A DNA stretch of 64,000 nt from assembly GCA_963666985.2 (NCBI GenBank), contig CAXXIA010000002.1, positions 2,336,001-2,400,000 on the forward strand, read 5' to 3'. This document shows, piece by piece, positions 48,883 to 58,804 of this stretch. The translations under genes and the position numbers were made by a program. The stretch comes from Spirochaetia bacterium (GTDB lineage Bacteria; Spirochaetota; Spirochaetia; DSM-2461). Each line of letters opens with the position of its first letter. Position 1 is the stretch's first letter. The notes under the pieces are model-generated. The model was not told the origin of the DNA. It saw nothing but the letters and a program-made list of their open reading frames with translations, and did no database searches.

Positions 48883-49797
48883 TTATCTCCTTGGAACATT
48901 TATATAGACTGGTCGTACGTCTAGACTTGTATTATCTAGACCAGGATGTGAATCATAGATAATATTCATATCTAAATCTGCTAACTGATAATGTTTACCA
49001 TATTTTGTTTCATTTTTAATAATGTAGAAGGCCAAAACGCCTTTGCAATAATTTCCTCCAACGCTTCCTCTGCCGGTACGGCTTCGAGGCGCAATTTCTT
49101 GTAAGATCGAAAAAGCCAAATTAATTGTATCATCTGGATTTTGAACATTGAACAAATCATTCATTACATACACCGTTGCTTTCGCATCTGGTGGCTGAAA
49201 ACTTGCTTCTGTTTTCATCAAAGTTTCAGCAATTGATTTCATTTGGTTATCTGTTAAATCAATACCTAAGACGATCTGTGGAATAGCTATTAAATCAAGG
49301 AAATAGCAGGCAGTGTCGGCATGGGGGTAATCTGAATATGGAGTTTCTGTCTGAGAAGGGAGACTTACACCATCCGGTACGCCATTAAAAAATTCTGGTC
49401 CCCAATTCTTAGAATCTTCGTTCGGAGATGGATCAGTATTTTCTGCTTCATCTCCCTCAACGGTACCACCACCAAAATTATGCATTTCATCATTATCCCG
49501 AGCGGTTTTGTTAGCTGAATCAGTATTTGTCTCAGTCACAGGAACGGGATCGGTGGTACCACCACCTTGAGTCCCACCAGGAACAGACTGCCCATCTTCT
49601 TCATCTTCATCACTAGCTTCATTAGTAACCAAGCCAATACCAAAATTAGGTCCGACCAGATCTCCCCGAGAATTATCAAATGAAGGTCCTTCGCCTTCAC
49701 CAGCAGTCGAATCGTCACCTCTTGGTTGCGTTATCCAACTCCATATACTTTTCGCGATGTCCGCAAGTCCTAATCCCGTAGGATCAATCCTCGTCAT
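48883..49797 (-). CDS. RHS C-terminal toxin-like domain (orphan), papain-like/DUF261-like
   Basis: Begins at the RHS cleavage motif IDPTG; acidic linker; then Q...ACYFL...NP...HY...IIYDS. Confidence 0.65.
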   Translation of the reverse strand: MTRIDPTGLGLADIAKSIWSWITQPRGDDSTAGEGEGPSFDNSRGDLVGPNFGIGLVTNEASDEDEEDGQSVPGGTQGGGTTDPVPVTETNTDSANKTARDNDEMHNFGGGTVEGDEAENTDPSPNEDSKNWGPEFFNGVPDGVSLPSQTETPYSDYPHADTACYFLDLIAIPQIVLGIDLTDNQMKSIAETLMKTEASFQPPDAKATVYVMNDLFNVQNPDDTINLAFSILQEIAPRSRTGRGSVGGNYCKGVLAFYIIKNETKYGKHYQLADLDMNIIYDSHPGLDNTSLDVRPVYINVPRR

Positions 49798-50195
49798 CGG
49801 GTTATTCCCGAAAGCGGTGTACCAATTGAAGGAATCACGGATGGGGTCTTCAGAAATAAATCTACAAGTGGTGGGGTCATACCAACTTGATCAGAATGGA
49901 AGAAATACTTCACGTTGGCCGTGTCGTCGGAATACACACCCGCTTCATCGACTTCTCCATCGACACGCGACAAATGCTGCCCAAGCGCATAAATATATTC
50001 CCGATACTGATGCTCATCGGGATTGATAATCTCCTCATGAATCGCTTGCCCTTGAAGATCGTAGATGTAGAATCGGACTTCGGATCCTTTGGTCTTCTCA
50101 ACCCGAAGACCTTTGGCGTTATATCGATATTGAACGCTTGCAGTGCCGTTAATACTGGTTAATCGATTGGAAAGATCGCTATCCCAGATCAACAT
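49794..50195 (-). pseudogene. Truncated, internally deleted and frameshifted RHS-repeat core
   Basis: YD-type repeats (YRYNAKGLRVEK, YIYDLQG) and YFFHSDQ; a second frame gives WYDPTTCRFISEDPIRDSFNWYTAFGNNPMTRIDPTG. Confidence 0.8.
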
Positions 50196-50284
50196 CTTGA
50201 TATCGGTTCAAGGCTCTCTCTTTCTCTGTTACGATAAGAGACAGTCAGCAAGCTGAAATTTATCCCGGAAGGAAGCGATAAAAA

Positions 50285-51880
50285 GTGCCCGATTCTGAAA
50301 ATAACTCAATCCCTTTCTTTTCGGATAATTCGTCCGAACTCCTCTTTGAAGGGAATATAGAACCGCTTCTTGACGGTGTGAATGTCTGGCTCAATGTTTA
50401 TGACCGATACATGAATTTAATCTTTTGGAATTCAACGGCCGAGAAAGTCAGCGGATATGAGCGCCGTGAGGTTCTGGGGAACGATCATATCTGGGAATGG
50501 CTTTATCCCGATAAAGAATATCGGACATACGTAACTCGAAAAGCCGAGTCTCTTTTGGAAGCGGAATCCGAAATGGACCGATTCGAAACGGAAATCTTAT
50601 GCAAGAACGGCACCGGCAAGACGATTTCCTGGAGTTCCCGAACACTATTGGATAACAAAGGAAGCATTTGCGGCGCCATCACGTTCGGCCGGGACGTCAC
50701 CGATCGGAACCGGGCGGAAGCCGCCCTTCATAAAGCTCATGAAGAACTTTCCGTACTCTATAATATCGCTTCGGTAACCAGCGGCGCCATGGATCTGAAT
50801 ATTATTCTGGATCGGTCTTTGGAACATGTTTTACCCGTGCTGGAGTCGGATAAAGGGATTATTCATCTTAAGAATGAGGTTTCGGGCCGACTTCAGGTGG
50901 CGGCTTATCGGGGTCTTGACGAATCTTCCGTTTCGGAGCTTGTCGCTTTTTCCTCCGATGCCGGGATTTTTCGGAAGGTTTACGATACGCAAACACCGTT
51001 TGCTTTACCGAATATTACGGAACTTTTCGATGACGGCCCCACAAATCTTCCCAGTAAGCTTTTTAACGCCTATTTAGGGGTGCCGATGAGAGCCCGGGGG
51101 AAACTTCTCGGTGTTTTCAGTATTCTGGGCAAGGCCGGGCGCCGCTTTTCCGAAGATGAAATAACCATGGTGGCTTCCATCGCGGATCAGATAGGAACTG
51201 CCGTGGAAAATGCCCGGCTGTACGAACAAGCGCGCGCGCTTGCCGTTTCGGAAGAACGGCGCCGGCTGGCCCGAGATCTTCATGACGCCGTAACGCAATC
51301 TCTCTACAGTCTGACTCTTTTCGCGGAAGCGGGACATCGCTCCTTGAAAAACGGTGATTTGAAGAATACGGATCGTTACCTGGCGGAATTGGGTACTTCG
51401 GCGCAGGATGCTCTGAAGGAAATGCGCCTTTTGCTCCATGAACTTCGTCCGCTTCAAATTGAAACCGAGGGACTTGCCGAAGCGATCCAGCACCGGTTGG
51501 ATTCGGTGGAAGGCCGTTTGGGAATATCCGCCAGACTGGAAAACGATACCGTCGGTGAGTTCCCTCCCGAAACGGAAGGAATGCTGTACCGGATTGTACA
51601 AGAAGCGCTGAACAACGCCCTTCGTCATGCTTCGGCGAAGAACGTAACGGTGAAAATCGAGGATGGCGGTGGAGCGGTCGTCGTGACGGTTCGGGATAAC
51701 GGTATCGGATTCAATCTTAATCGGGCTTACAGTCAGGGCGGAATGGGGCTGGAAAGCATGTCCGAAAGAGCCGCATCGATCGGAGCCGCGTTTCATATTG
51801 AAACGTCACCCGGCCGAGGAACACTCGTAACCATATCGGTGCCCGCTGAAAAGAACGGCAAAGGAGAAGCGCGTGTCTGA
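50285..51880 (+). CDS. Soluble PAS-GAF sensor histidine kinase (HisKA_3 type)
   Basis: PAS (FWNSTAEKVSGY), GAF (LGVPM..GKLLGV), EERRRLARDLHDAVTQ, QEALNNALRHA and DNGIGF; no TM segment seen. Confidence 0.92.
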   Translation: MPDSENNSIPFFSDNSSELLFEGNIEPLLDGVNVWLNVYDRYMNLIFWNSTAEKVSGYERREVLGNDHIWEWLYPDKEYRTYVTRKAESLLEAESEMDRFETEILCKNGTGKTISWSSRTLLDNKGSICGAITFGRDVTDRNRAEAALHKAHEELSVLYNIASVTSGAMDLNIILDRSLEHVLPVLESDKGIIHLKNEVSGRLQVAAYRGLDESSVSELVAFSSDAGIFRKVYDTQTPFALPNITELFDDGPTNLPSKLFNAYLGVPMRARGKLLGVFSILGKAGRRFSEDEITMVASIADQIGTAVENARLYEQARALAVSEERRRLARDLHDAVTQSLYSLTLFAEAGHRSLKNGDLKNTDRYLAELGTSAQDALKEMRLLLHELRPLQIETEGLAEAIQHRLDSVEGRLGISARLENDTVGEFPPETEGMLYRIVQEALNNALRHASAKNVTVKIEDGGGAVVVTVRDNGIGFNLNRAYSQGGMGLESMSERAASIGAAFHIETSPGRGTLVTISVPAEKNGKGEARV

Positions 51881-52541
51881 CCGGATCCGTATTCTTGTGG
51901 CCGACGATCATGCCGTTGTGAGAAAAGGCCTGCAGGCATTAATCGGCACAGAAGATGGGATGACGATTATCGGCGAGGCCGAAAACGGCAGAGACGCCGT
52001 CTCTTTGGCCATGGAGCTGAAACCGGATGTTGTTCTGCTGGATTTAAAGATGCCTTTTTTAAGCGGCGTGGAGGTAATCCGAAAAATCAGGGACGCCGGT
52101 CTGCCGTCCAAGATTCTGATTCTTTCCAGTTTCGCCGACGACGACTCGGTTCTTCCGGCCATAAAGGCGGGAGCGCTGGGATATCTGCTCAAGGATTCTT
52201 CTCCCGGCGATCTTATCGCGGCGATTCGAACGGTCGGACGCGGAGAATCTTCATTGGCTCCCTCCATAGCTTTGAAGCTCGTCAGGGAGGTTCGGGACCC
52301 TCAAGGGGGCGCCTCCCAGGCCGAGAGTCTTACCGATCGTGAGCTGGATGTGCTGGAGCGAATGGCCCGCGGACTGACCAATCAGGAAATCGCCGCCGAT
52401 TTGGAGATTGCCGAAAGAACCGTTCGCAACCATGTCGGGCATATTCTCGATAAGCTCGGTTTAACCAACCGGACACAGGCCGCGGTTTATGCTCTACGGC
52501 AAGGCATTGCCGTTTTGGATGATAAGAAAACGTCCGATTAA
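51873..52541 (+). CDS. NarL/LuxR-family response regulator
   Basis: ILVADDHAVVRKGL, PDVVLLDLKMP and LTDRELDVL...NRTQAA. Confidence 0.93.
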   Translation: MSDRIRILVADDHAVVRKGLQALIGTEDGMTIIGEAENGRDAVSLAMELKPDVVLLDLKMPFLSGVEVIRKIRDAGLPSKILILSSFADDDSVLPAIKAGALGYLLKDSSPGDLIAAIRTVGRGESSLAPSIALKLVREVRDPQGGASQAESLTDRELDVLERMARGLTNQEIAADLEIAERTVRNHVGHILDKLGLTNRTQAAVYALRQGIAVLDDKKTSD

Positions 52542-52695
52542 TGCGCTGTTTCCTACACTAATGTCGCCGAATGAGTCATTCGTACCGGGTTGATTAGACC
52601 TTTTGCTTCATTTTTCTCCATTTCACCGTATTCCCTTCGGCCGATTTCGGTTCTTCCGCGTGCTTTTACAATCGAGTAAAAAAGGAAGCAATGCC

Positions 52696-54333
52696 ATGAA
52701 AAAGTCTCTCGCCGGTATTTTGGTCGGAATCAGCTTTGTCGCCCTTCTCGGGTTTGGTCTGACAGGCTGCAGCAAGTCGGAACCCGAAAAAGCCGTTCGG
52801 GCACCCGCCGAATCGGAAGAATCTTCCCTTTTGCGGGTTTCTTTCGCCTGGCCAACCTATATCGATCCGGCTGTAGGAAATGATAATTCCAGCTCCTCGG
52901 CCATGGTAAACCTCTACGATACCCTTGTTTTCCCTTTGGCCGACGGAACGGTTAAGTCCTGGCTGGCTGAAAGCTGGGAGGTCTCCGACGACGGACTGGT
53001 CTGGGATTTTATTCTTCGGAAAGGCGTGAAATTTCATGACGGTTCCGAGCTGACGGCCGATGATGTCGTTTATTCGTTCGAACGGCTTACAACGATCGGC
53101 GAAGGATACGGATATCTTTTCGGCGGTGTATCCAAAGCCGAGGCGATCGATGATTATACGGTTCGTTTCACTCTCGGCGAAGCGAACGGTCTGTTTCTTC
53201 CCAGTTTGGTTCGCCTCTATGTTTTGAACAAGGATGTTGTGGAAGCCCATCTTGCATCGGAAGGCGCTTACGGCGACAAGGGCGATTATGGTAAGGAATT
53301 CCTTCTTACCGCCGATGCCGGCTGTGGCCCCTATAAGGTTTCGGAGTTTCGCCTTGAGGAAGAGCTGGTAATGACGAGGTTCGCCGATTGGTGGGGTCAT
53401 TTTAATCCCAAGGCGCCCGAAGAGGTTCGCTTCCTTGCCGTAACGGAGGCCGCGACGATTCGAACGCTGATGAGCAACGCCGAGCTCGAAATCAGTGATC
53501 AGTGGCAGTCGGTGGACGCTTTTGAAAATCTTCAAAAGCTCGACGATGTGAGCGTGGCCGCTCTGCCGACATTCATGGAACTGTATTTGATGATGAATAC
53601 GAAAGCGGCTCCTCTGGACGATCTTGCGGTTCGGGAAGCCATCTCTTATGCCTTCGATTACGATACGGCCGTTTCTCTGGAATGGCCGGGAACCAAGAAG
53701 TCCGTGGGACCGGTACCTCAAGCCCTCGGCGGACACAATCCGAATGTCAAAACCTATGATTATAATGTGGAAAAGGCCAAAGCCGCCCTGGCAAGAAGCA
53801 AGTATGCCGGGAATATCAGCGATTACACCATTGAAATCCACTGGATTTCCGAAGTTCCCGATGAAGAGAAGTTCGCTCTGCTCTTCCAGGCCAACATGGC
53901 CGCGATCGGTCTTGATGTCGAAGTGGTTTCTTCTCCGTGGCTGAGTGTTGTGGAAAATACCGCGGCTCCCGAAACCAGCCCCGATTTGGTTATGATTTAC
54001 ATTCCTTCCGACATGCCGGAAGTCGGCCCGCTTCTCAAGCTGAGATATCATTCCTCCACGGCACCCACGTGGTCGCAGAACGAATGGCTGCTGGATCCGG
54101 AGCTCGACGCCGCGATGGATAAGGCCCTGGCGACGATCGATGTTGAAGAACGTTTCGCCAAATATGCCGATATCCAGGAAGATATCGCGGCCCGGGCATC
54201 GGCCCTCTATTTATATGATGCGGTTGAGAAGCATGCGTATCAGGATTATGTGGACTGGCCCGCCGCCAAGGGCAAAGCCAGCCCGCTGACCGGTTATTAC
54301 ATTTACGCGGCCGACATCGGTATCGATAAGTAA
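52696..54333 (+). CDS. Peptide/nickel-type (family 5) ABC substrate-binding lipoprotein
   Basis: Lipobox LTG-C; LYDTLV, LAESWEVSDDG and FHDGSELTADDVVYSF. Confidence 0.9.
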   Translation: MKKSLAGILVGISFVALLGFGLTGCSKSEPEKAVRAPAESEESSLLRVSFAWPTYIDPAVGNDNSSSSAMVNLYDTLVFPLADGTVKSWLAESWEVSDDGLVWDFILRKGVKFHDGSELTADDVVYSFERLTTIGEGYGYLFGGVSKAEAIDDYTVRFTLGEANGLFLPSLVRLYVLNKDVVEAHLASEGAYGDKGDYGKEFLLTADAGCGPYKVSEFRLEEELVMTRFADWWGHFNPKAPEEVRFLAVTEAATIRTLMSNAELEISDQWQSVDAFENLQKLDDVSVAALPTFMELYLMMNTKAAPLDDLAVREAISYAFDYDTAVSLEWPGTKKSVGPVPQALGGHNPNVKTYDYNVEKAKAALARSKYAGNISDYTIEIHWISEVPDEEKFALLFQANMAAIGLDVEVVSSPWLSVVENTAAPETSPDLVMIYIPSDMPEVGPLLKLRYHSSTAPTWSQNEWLLDPELDAAMDKALATIDVEERFAKYADIQEDIAARASALYLYDAVEKHAYQDYVDWPAAKGKASPLTGYYIYAADIGIDK

Positions 54334-54450
54334 GAAATATACGGCTTCCGGCCGCCTTTCGGGTGAGCCGGCGGTCCGTTTTTCATGAACGCGGCCCGGT
54401 CTTTTGGTCCAGGCCGCATATTTTTTGTAACGGCGGCGGAAGCAGCAGTA

Positions 54451-55476
54451 ATGAATTATGTAACGTTTGTCCTGAAGAGGGCGTTTCATGCGGTCTTTGT
54501 CCTTTTGGGATTGTCTCTGATTATCTTCACGGTTTCCCGAATCATGCCCGGCGATCCGGTTCGTCTTGCCGTAGGTTCCCGTGCTCCCCAATGGGTTGTG
54601 GACAACATGAGGGAGCAGATGCATCTGAACGAATCGATACCGGTTCAATACGGCCATTGGTTCATCGATGCCCTGCGCGGTGATTTCGGCGTTTCCCTGG
54701 TTACGCGCCGGGGGGTGGCCAAGGATATCCATGAGTTTTTTCCGGCGACGCTGGAACTGGCGCTGTTTTCCGCGGTTATCTCGCTTGTCGGCGCGCTGAT
54801 TCTGGGATCTTTGTCCGCCCGCTACAAAGACACCTGGGTGGACAACGCCATCAGGGTTTGGTCGTATCTCGGGATTGTAACGCCCTCTTTTGTCTTCGCG
54901 ATTCTGTTTGTTCTGATCTTTGCTTTCTGGCTGAACTGGTTTCCGACCATAGGCCGAATTGACAGGGCTTTTGACATTGCCCGGATAACGGGTTTTATGA
55001 CGATTGACTCCCTGCTTGCCGGAAATCTCAGGGCGTTTTGGGATGCCGTAGTGCACCTTATCCTGCCGGCCTGCGCCATCGCCATGGGACCTCTTGCCCA
55101 GGAAGCCCGCATTACCCGCTCTTCCATGGCGGATAATCTGGCAAAAGATTATATCGCAAGCGCCCGAGCCCTTGGTGTTTCGGAGCGAAGAATTATGAGC
55201 CGCTATCTTTTAAAGCCCTCGCTGATTCCGACGGTTTCCATATTCGGTCTTGATTTCGCGGCGGGGCTTGGGAACGCCTTCCTCGTGGAACTGATCTTCA
55301 ACTGGCCCGGTTTATCCCGGTATGGAATGAGCGCCATGCTTTCCAAGGACTTAAACGCGATTTCCGGAGTTATCCTGACCTTCGGAGTCGTCTTTGTTGT
55401 TGTGAATGTGATTGTTGATCTGATTGTCGCTCAGCTCGATCCCCGCATCCGCCTGAGAGCGGCGAAAGGTTCCTGA
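54451..55476 (+). CDS. Peptide-type ABC permease (DppB-like)
   Basis: PGDPV, PATLEL, DYIASARALG, FNWPGL and LDPRIR. Confidence 0.9.
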   Translation: MNYVTFVLKRAFHAVFVLLGLSLIIFTVSRIMPGDPVRLAVGSRAPQWVVDNMREQMHLNESIPVQYGHWFIDALRGDFGVSLVTRRGVAKDIHEFFPATLELALFSAVISLVGALILGSLSARYKDTWVDNAIRVWSYLGIVTPSFVFAILFVLIFAFWLNWFPTIGRIDRAFDIARITGFMTIDSLLAGNLRAFWDAVVHLILPACAIAMGPLAQEARITRSSMADNLAKDYIASARALGVSERRIMSRYLLKPSLIPTVSIFGLDFAAGLGNAFLVELIFNWPGLSRYGMSAMLSKDLNAISGVILTFGVVFVVVNVIVDLIVAQLDPRIRLRAAKGS

Positions 55477-55478
55477 AC

Positions 55479-56405
55479 ATGAAACGAAGAGATCTCGATT
55501 CCTATAAAGATTTAAACGATCCTGTTCAGCTCGCCGGATTGAAGAGAGACAGCCGAAGGGAAAACAGGGCGAGAAACTGGTATAAATTCACCCGGAATCC
55601 TTTATCCATGGTGGGACTTATTACGGTTCTCACGATCGTTGTTCTGGCGGTTTTCGCGCCGTTTATCGCTCCTTACCCCGAGCATGTGAAGCCCTTTACG
55701 GATTTCAAAAACGCCAGTCGGCCGCCCAGTGCCGAGCATTGGTTCGGTACCGACGAGATCGGCCGGGATATCTTGAGCCGCGTAATTTTCGGATTTCGAT
55801 TCTCACTGATGATGGGATTGGTCGTGCTGGTTATCGTTGTTCCCATAGGCGTGCTCCTGGGGCTTCTTGCCGGATATTACCAGAACAGCTGGGTGGACAG
55901 TCTGATTATGCGGACGACCGATGTCTTTTTGGCCGTTCCTCCGCTGATTCTCGCTTTGGCGATCGCCTCCATTCTTCAGCCGAATCTTTTCAACGCCATG
56001 CTGGCGGTTTGTTTAACGTGGTGGCCCTGGTATACGCGTCTTGTTTACGGTGTGACAAGCGGTTTGCGAAATGAGTTTTTCGTTACCTCCGCGGAAGTCA
56101 CCGGTGCGCGGCTTCCGCACATTCTGTTCAGGGAAATCCTGCCGAACTGCGTGTCTCCGATTTTTACGAAAATGAGTTTGGATATGGGCTGGGTGATTAT
56201 TCTCGGCGCGTCATTAAGTTTCGTCGGCCTGGGAGTTCAGCCGCCCCGTCCCGGTTTGGGAACGATGGTTTCGGGCGGAACCCGCTATCTTCCCGACCAG
56301 TGGTGGATTTCCGTATTTCCGGCGTTGGCCATTGTGGTTCTGGTTTTGGGTTTCAACCTGCTCGGCGACGGATTGCGGGACCTCTTCGCGGCGGAGGATT
56401 CATAA
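55479..56405 (+). CDS. Peptide-type ABC permease (DppC-like)
   Basis: HWFGTDEIGRDILSR, LSFVGLGVQPP and FNLLGDGLRD. Confidence 0.9.
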   Translation: MKRRDLDSYKDLNDPVQLAGLKRDSRRENRARNWYKFTRNPLSMVGLITVLTIVVLAVFAPFIAPYPEHVKPFTDFKNASRPPSAEHWFGTDEIGRDILSRVIFGFRFSLMMGLVVLVIVVPIGVLLGLLAGYYQNSWVDSLIMRTTDVFLAVPPLILALAIASILQPNLFNAMLAVCLTWWPWYTRLVYGVTSGLRNEFFVTSAEVTGARLPHILFREILPNCVSPIFTKMSLDMGWVIILGASLSFVGLGVQPPRPGLGTMVSGGTRYLPDQWWISVFPALAIVVLVLGFNLLGDGLRDLFAAEDS

Positions 56406-56407
56406 CG

Positions 56408-57487
56408 ATGAGCGATGCACCTTTGCTGGACATCCGGAATCTGGAAGTGGATTACCGGGTTTTCGGCGGTACCCTTCATGTCCTGGACGGAATTGATATC
56501 CGGGTGAAACCCGGTGAGAAAATCGGTCTTGTCGGTGAAACCGGCTGCGGGAAAACAACGGCGATGAAGTCCTCCTTGGGTGTTCTTCCCAGTCCTCCCG
56601 GACTGATTTCCGGAGGTGAGATTCTTTATCGGGGGAAGAATGTCCTCAATTACGGACAGAAGAAAATGAATTCCATCCGCGGCCGTGAGATGACGATGAT
56701 TTTTCAGGATCCCATGGCCGCGCTGAATCCGGTGTTTACCGTCGGACGGCAGTTCGAACCGGTTCTTCGCCATGCCGCCGGGAGACGGTTGAGCGGCAGT
56801 GAAGTCCGCGAGATGTCGATCGCCGCTCTGAAAAACGTCGCCCTGGCAGATCCGGAACGTCTTTTAGATTCTTATCCGACGCAGCTGAGCGGAGGCATGC
56901 GCCAGCGGGTCTGCATCGGCATGGCGCTTTCCACGAATCCGAAACTTCTGATAGCCGATGAGCCCGGAACGGCCCTTGATGTCACCATTCAGGCTCAGGT
57001 GCTTTCCCTGCTGAACGGTCTTGTAGACGATTTAAATACGGCGATTATCCTCATCACCCATTCGCTTGGCGTTGTTCGGGAAATGACGGACCGTGTGTAT
57101 GTGATGTACGCCGGGGTGATCGTGGAGACGGCTCCGGTTCGAGATTTGTTTTCAAATCCGCGTCATCCCTATACGCGGGGACTGATGGAATCGGTTCCCA
57201 AGCTTTCCGGCGGAGGGCTTTCCAGCGCCATTATGGGGCGAATCCCCGATTACATGCATCCTCCCGGCGGATGCCGGTTCCACCCGCGCTGTCCGAACGC
57301 AACCGAAGAATGCCGGCATCTCAAACCGGCTTTAACAACCGTTGGGACCGATCATGAAGTGGCCTGCCATTTGTACGGCGGAGAAAAAAACCGCGCGGAA
57401 TCATCAGGTAAGAGCGCTCCGAACGGCGCTTCGAAAGAATCTCCCGCCGGCGGGGAAAGAACTCAAGGAAGGAACCTCCATGCCTGA
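56408..57487 (+). CDS. Peptide-type ABC ATPase (DppD-like)
   Basis: GETGCGKT, LSGGMRQR, IADEP and GCRFHPRC. Confidence 0.9.
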   Translation: MSDAPLLDIRNLEVDYRVFGGTLHVLDGIDIRVKPGEKIGLVGETGCGKTTAMKSSLGVLPSPPGLISGGEILYRGKNVLNYGQKKMNSIRGREMTMIFQDPMAALNPVFTVGRQFEPVLRHAAGRRLSGSEVREMSIAALKNVALADPERLLDSYPTQLSGGMRQRVCIGMALSTNPKLLIADEPGTALDVTIQAQVLSLLNGLVDDLNTAIILITHSLGVVREMTDRVYVMYAGVIVETAPVRDLFSNPRHPYTRGLMESVPKLSGGGLSSAIMGRIPDYMHPPGGCRFHPRCPNATEECRHLKPALTTVGTDHEVACHLYGGEKNRAESSGKSAPNGASKESPAGGERTQGRNLHA

Positions 57488-58463
57488 GATCATCTTAACC
57501 GCGAAGGGCCTGAAAAAACATTTTGTCATCGGCCATGAGGATTTAAGGCGGAAGAAGCCGATTACCGTGAAAGCCGTCGACGGCGTGGATTTCGACCTTG
57601 TGAAGGGAGAAACGTTCGGACTGGTGGGAGAATCCGGATCAGGGAAAAGCACCATAGCCTACATGGTCGCCGGAATGTACGCTCCCAGCGGAGGCGAGCT
57701 GATCTATAAAGGGAAATCCCTTTTTGACGGGAAGAAAGAACGGCCGCTGGATTTTAAAAAGGATATTCAGATTGTTTTTCAGGATCCAGGATCGTCTTTG
57801 AATCCCAGGCGCACGATTGCGCAGAATCTGGCGGTTCCCCTGCAAATCCACAGACCCGAATGCGATATCACGCGGGAAACCATCAGACTGCTGGAGCTGG
57901 TGGATCTTCCGCAGAGTTATCTCTTCCGGTATCCGAATTCTTTAAGCGGCGGGGAAAAGCAAATTGTGGCGGTGGCCCGTGCTTTGGCGACCGATCCGTC
58001 GCTGATTATCCTGGATGAGCCCACCTCGGCTCTGGATGTTTCGGTGCAGGGGAAAATCATCAATCTGTTGATGCGTCTCCAGAAGGAATTGGATTTAACC
58101 TATCTTTTCATCACTCATGATTTGAGCCTGATGCGGAATATCGCCACACGCGTGGCCATTATGTATTTGGGCAAAATGAGTGAAATCGCTCCCGGAGGGG
58201 AATTTTTTTCCCATCCGCGGCATCCCTATACGCGGATGCTTCTTTCGGCCATTCCCGTGGTTTCCGAGGAAGAAGAAAAGCTCAAACCGGAGAAAGCCGT
58301 TTCCAGAGGCGAGATACCGAGTCCGGTGAACCTTCCCGTGGGATGCGGCTTCAATACCCGGTGCCTCCAGGCGGCGGACGTCTGTTTCCGGGACGATCCG
58401 AAAATGAAAATCATACGCCCCGATCATTTGGCCCGCTGTCATCTGCTCGAGGAAAGGAGTTGA
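57480..58463 (+). CDS. Peptide-type ABC ATPase (DppF-like)
   Basis: GESGSGKST, LSGGEKQ, LDEPTSALD and GEIPSP. Confidence 0.9.
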   Translation: MPEIILTAKGLKKHFVIGHEDLRRKKPITVKAVDGVDFDLVKGETFGLVGESGSGKSTIAYMVAGMYAPSGGELIYKGKSLFDGKKERPLDFKKDIQIVFQDPGSSLNPRRTIAQNLAVPLQIHRPECDITRETIRLLELVDLPQSYLFRYPNSLSGGEKQIVAVARALATDPSLIILDEPTSALDVSVQGKIINLLMRLQKELDLTYLFITHDLSLMRNIATRVAIMYLGKMSEIAPGGEFFSHPRHPYTRMLLSAIPVVSEEEEKLKPEKAVSRGEIPSPVNLPVGCGFNTRCLQAADVCFRDDPKMKIIRPDHLARCHLLEERS

Positions 58464-58465
58464 TC

Positions 58466-58804
58466 ATGGTACGACTGACGGTCCTGTATAATCTGCAGCC
58501 CTATGTCGACGAAAAGGAATTTCTCGAATGGAGGCTCAACGATCATCAGGAAGAGAATATGGATACCCCCGGTGTGATTCGATCGGACTTCACACGGCTT
58601 GACGATGTATTCCCCCAAGACGCTTCCAGACCTTACCGGTTTCTCACCACGGCCGACTGGCCCGATATGGAGAGTTTTGAGAAAGCGTTTTATAACCCCG
58701 ACTACCAGGTTCGGCTCAAAGAGAATTTGAAGCTTCTGAAAGATCCTGTGTTTCTGGTAGGCGAAGTTCTCGCACAGGAAAGTAATTCGCAGGAGGCGGA
58801 ATAA
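58466..58804 (+). CDS. Small EthD-like (dimeric alpha/beta barrel) protein
   Basis: AAGGAG RBS; MVRLTVLYNL...EFLEWRLNDH...PGV...YRFLTTADWPDMESFEKAF pattern. Confidence 0.55.
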   Translation: MVRLTVLYNLQPYVDEKEFLEWRLNDHQEENMDTPGVIRSDFTRLDDVFPQDASRPYRFLTTADWPDMESFEKAFYNPDYQVRLKENLKLLKDPVFLVGEVLAQESNSQEAE

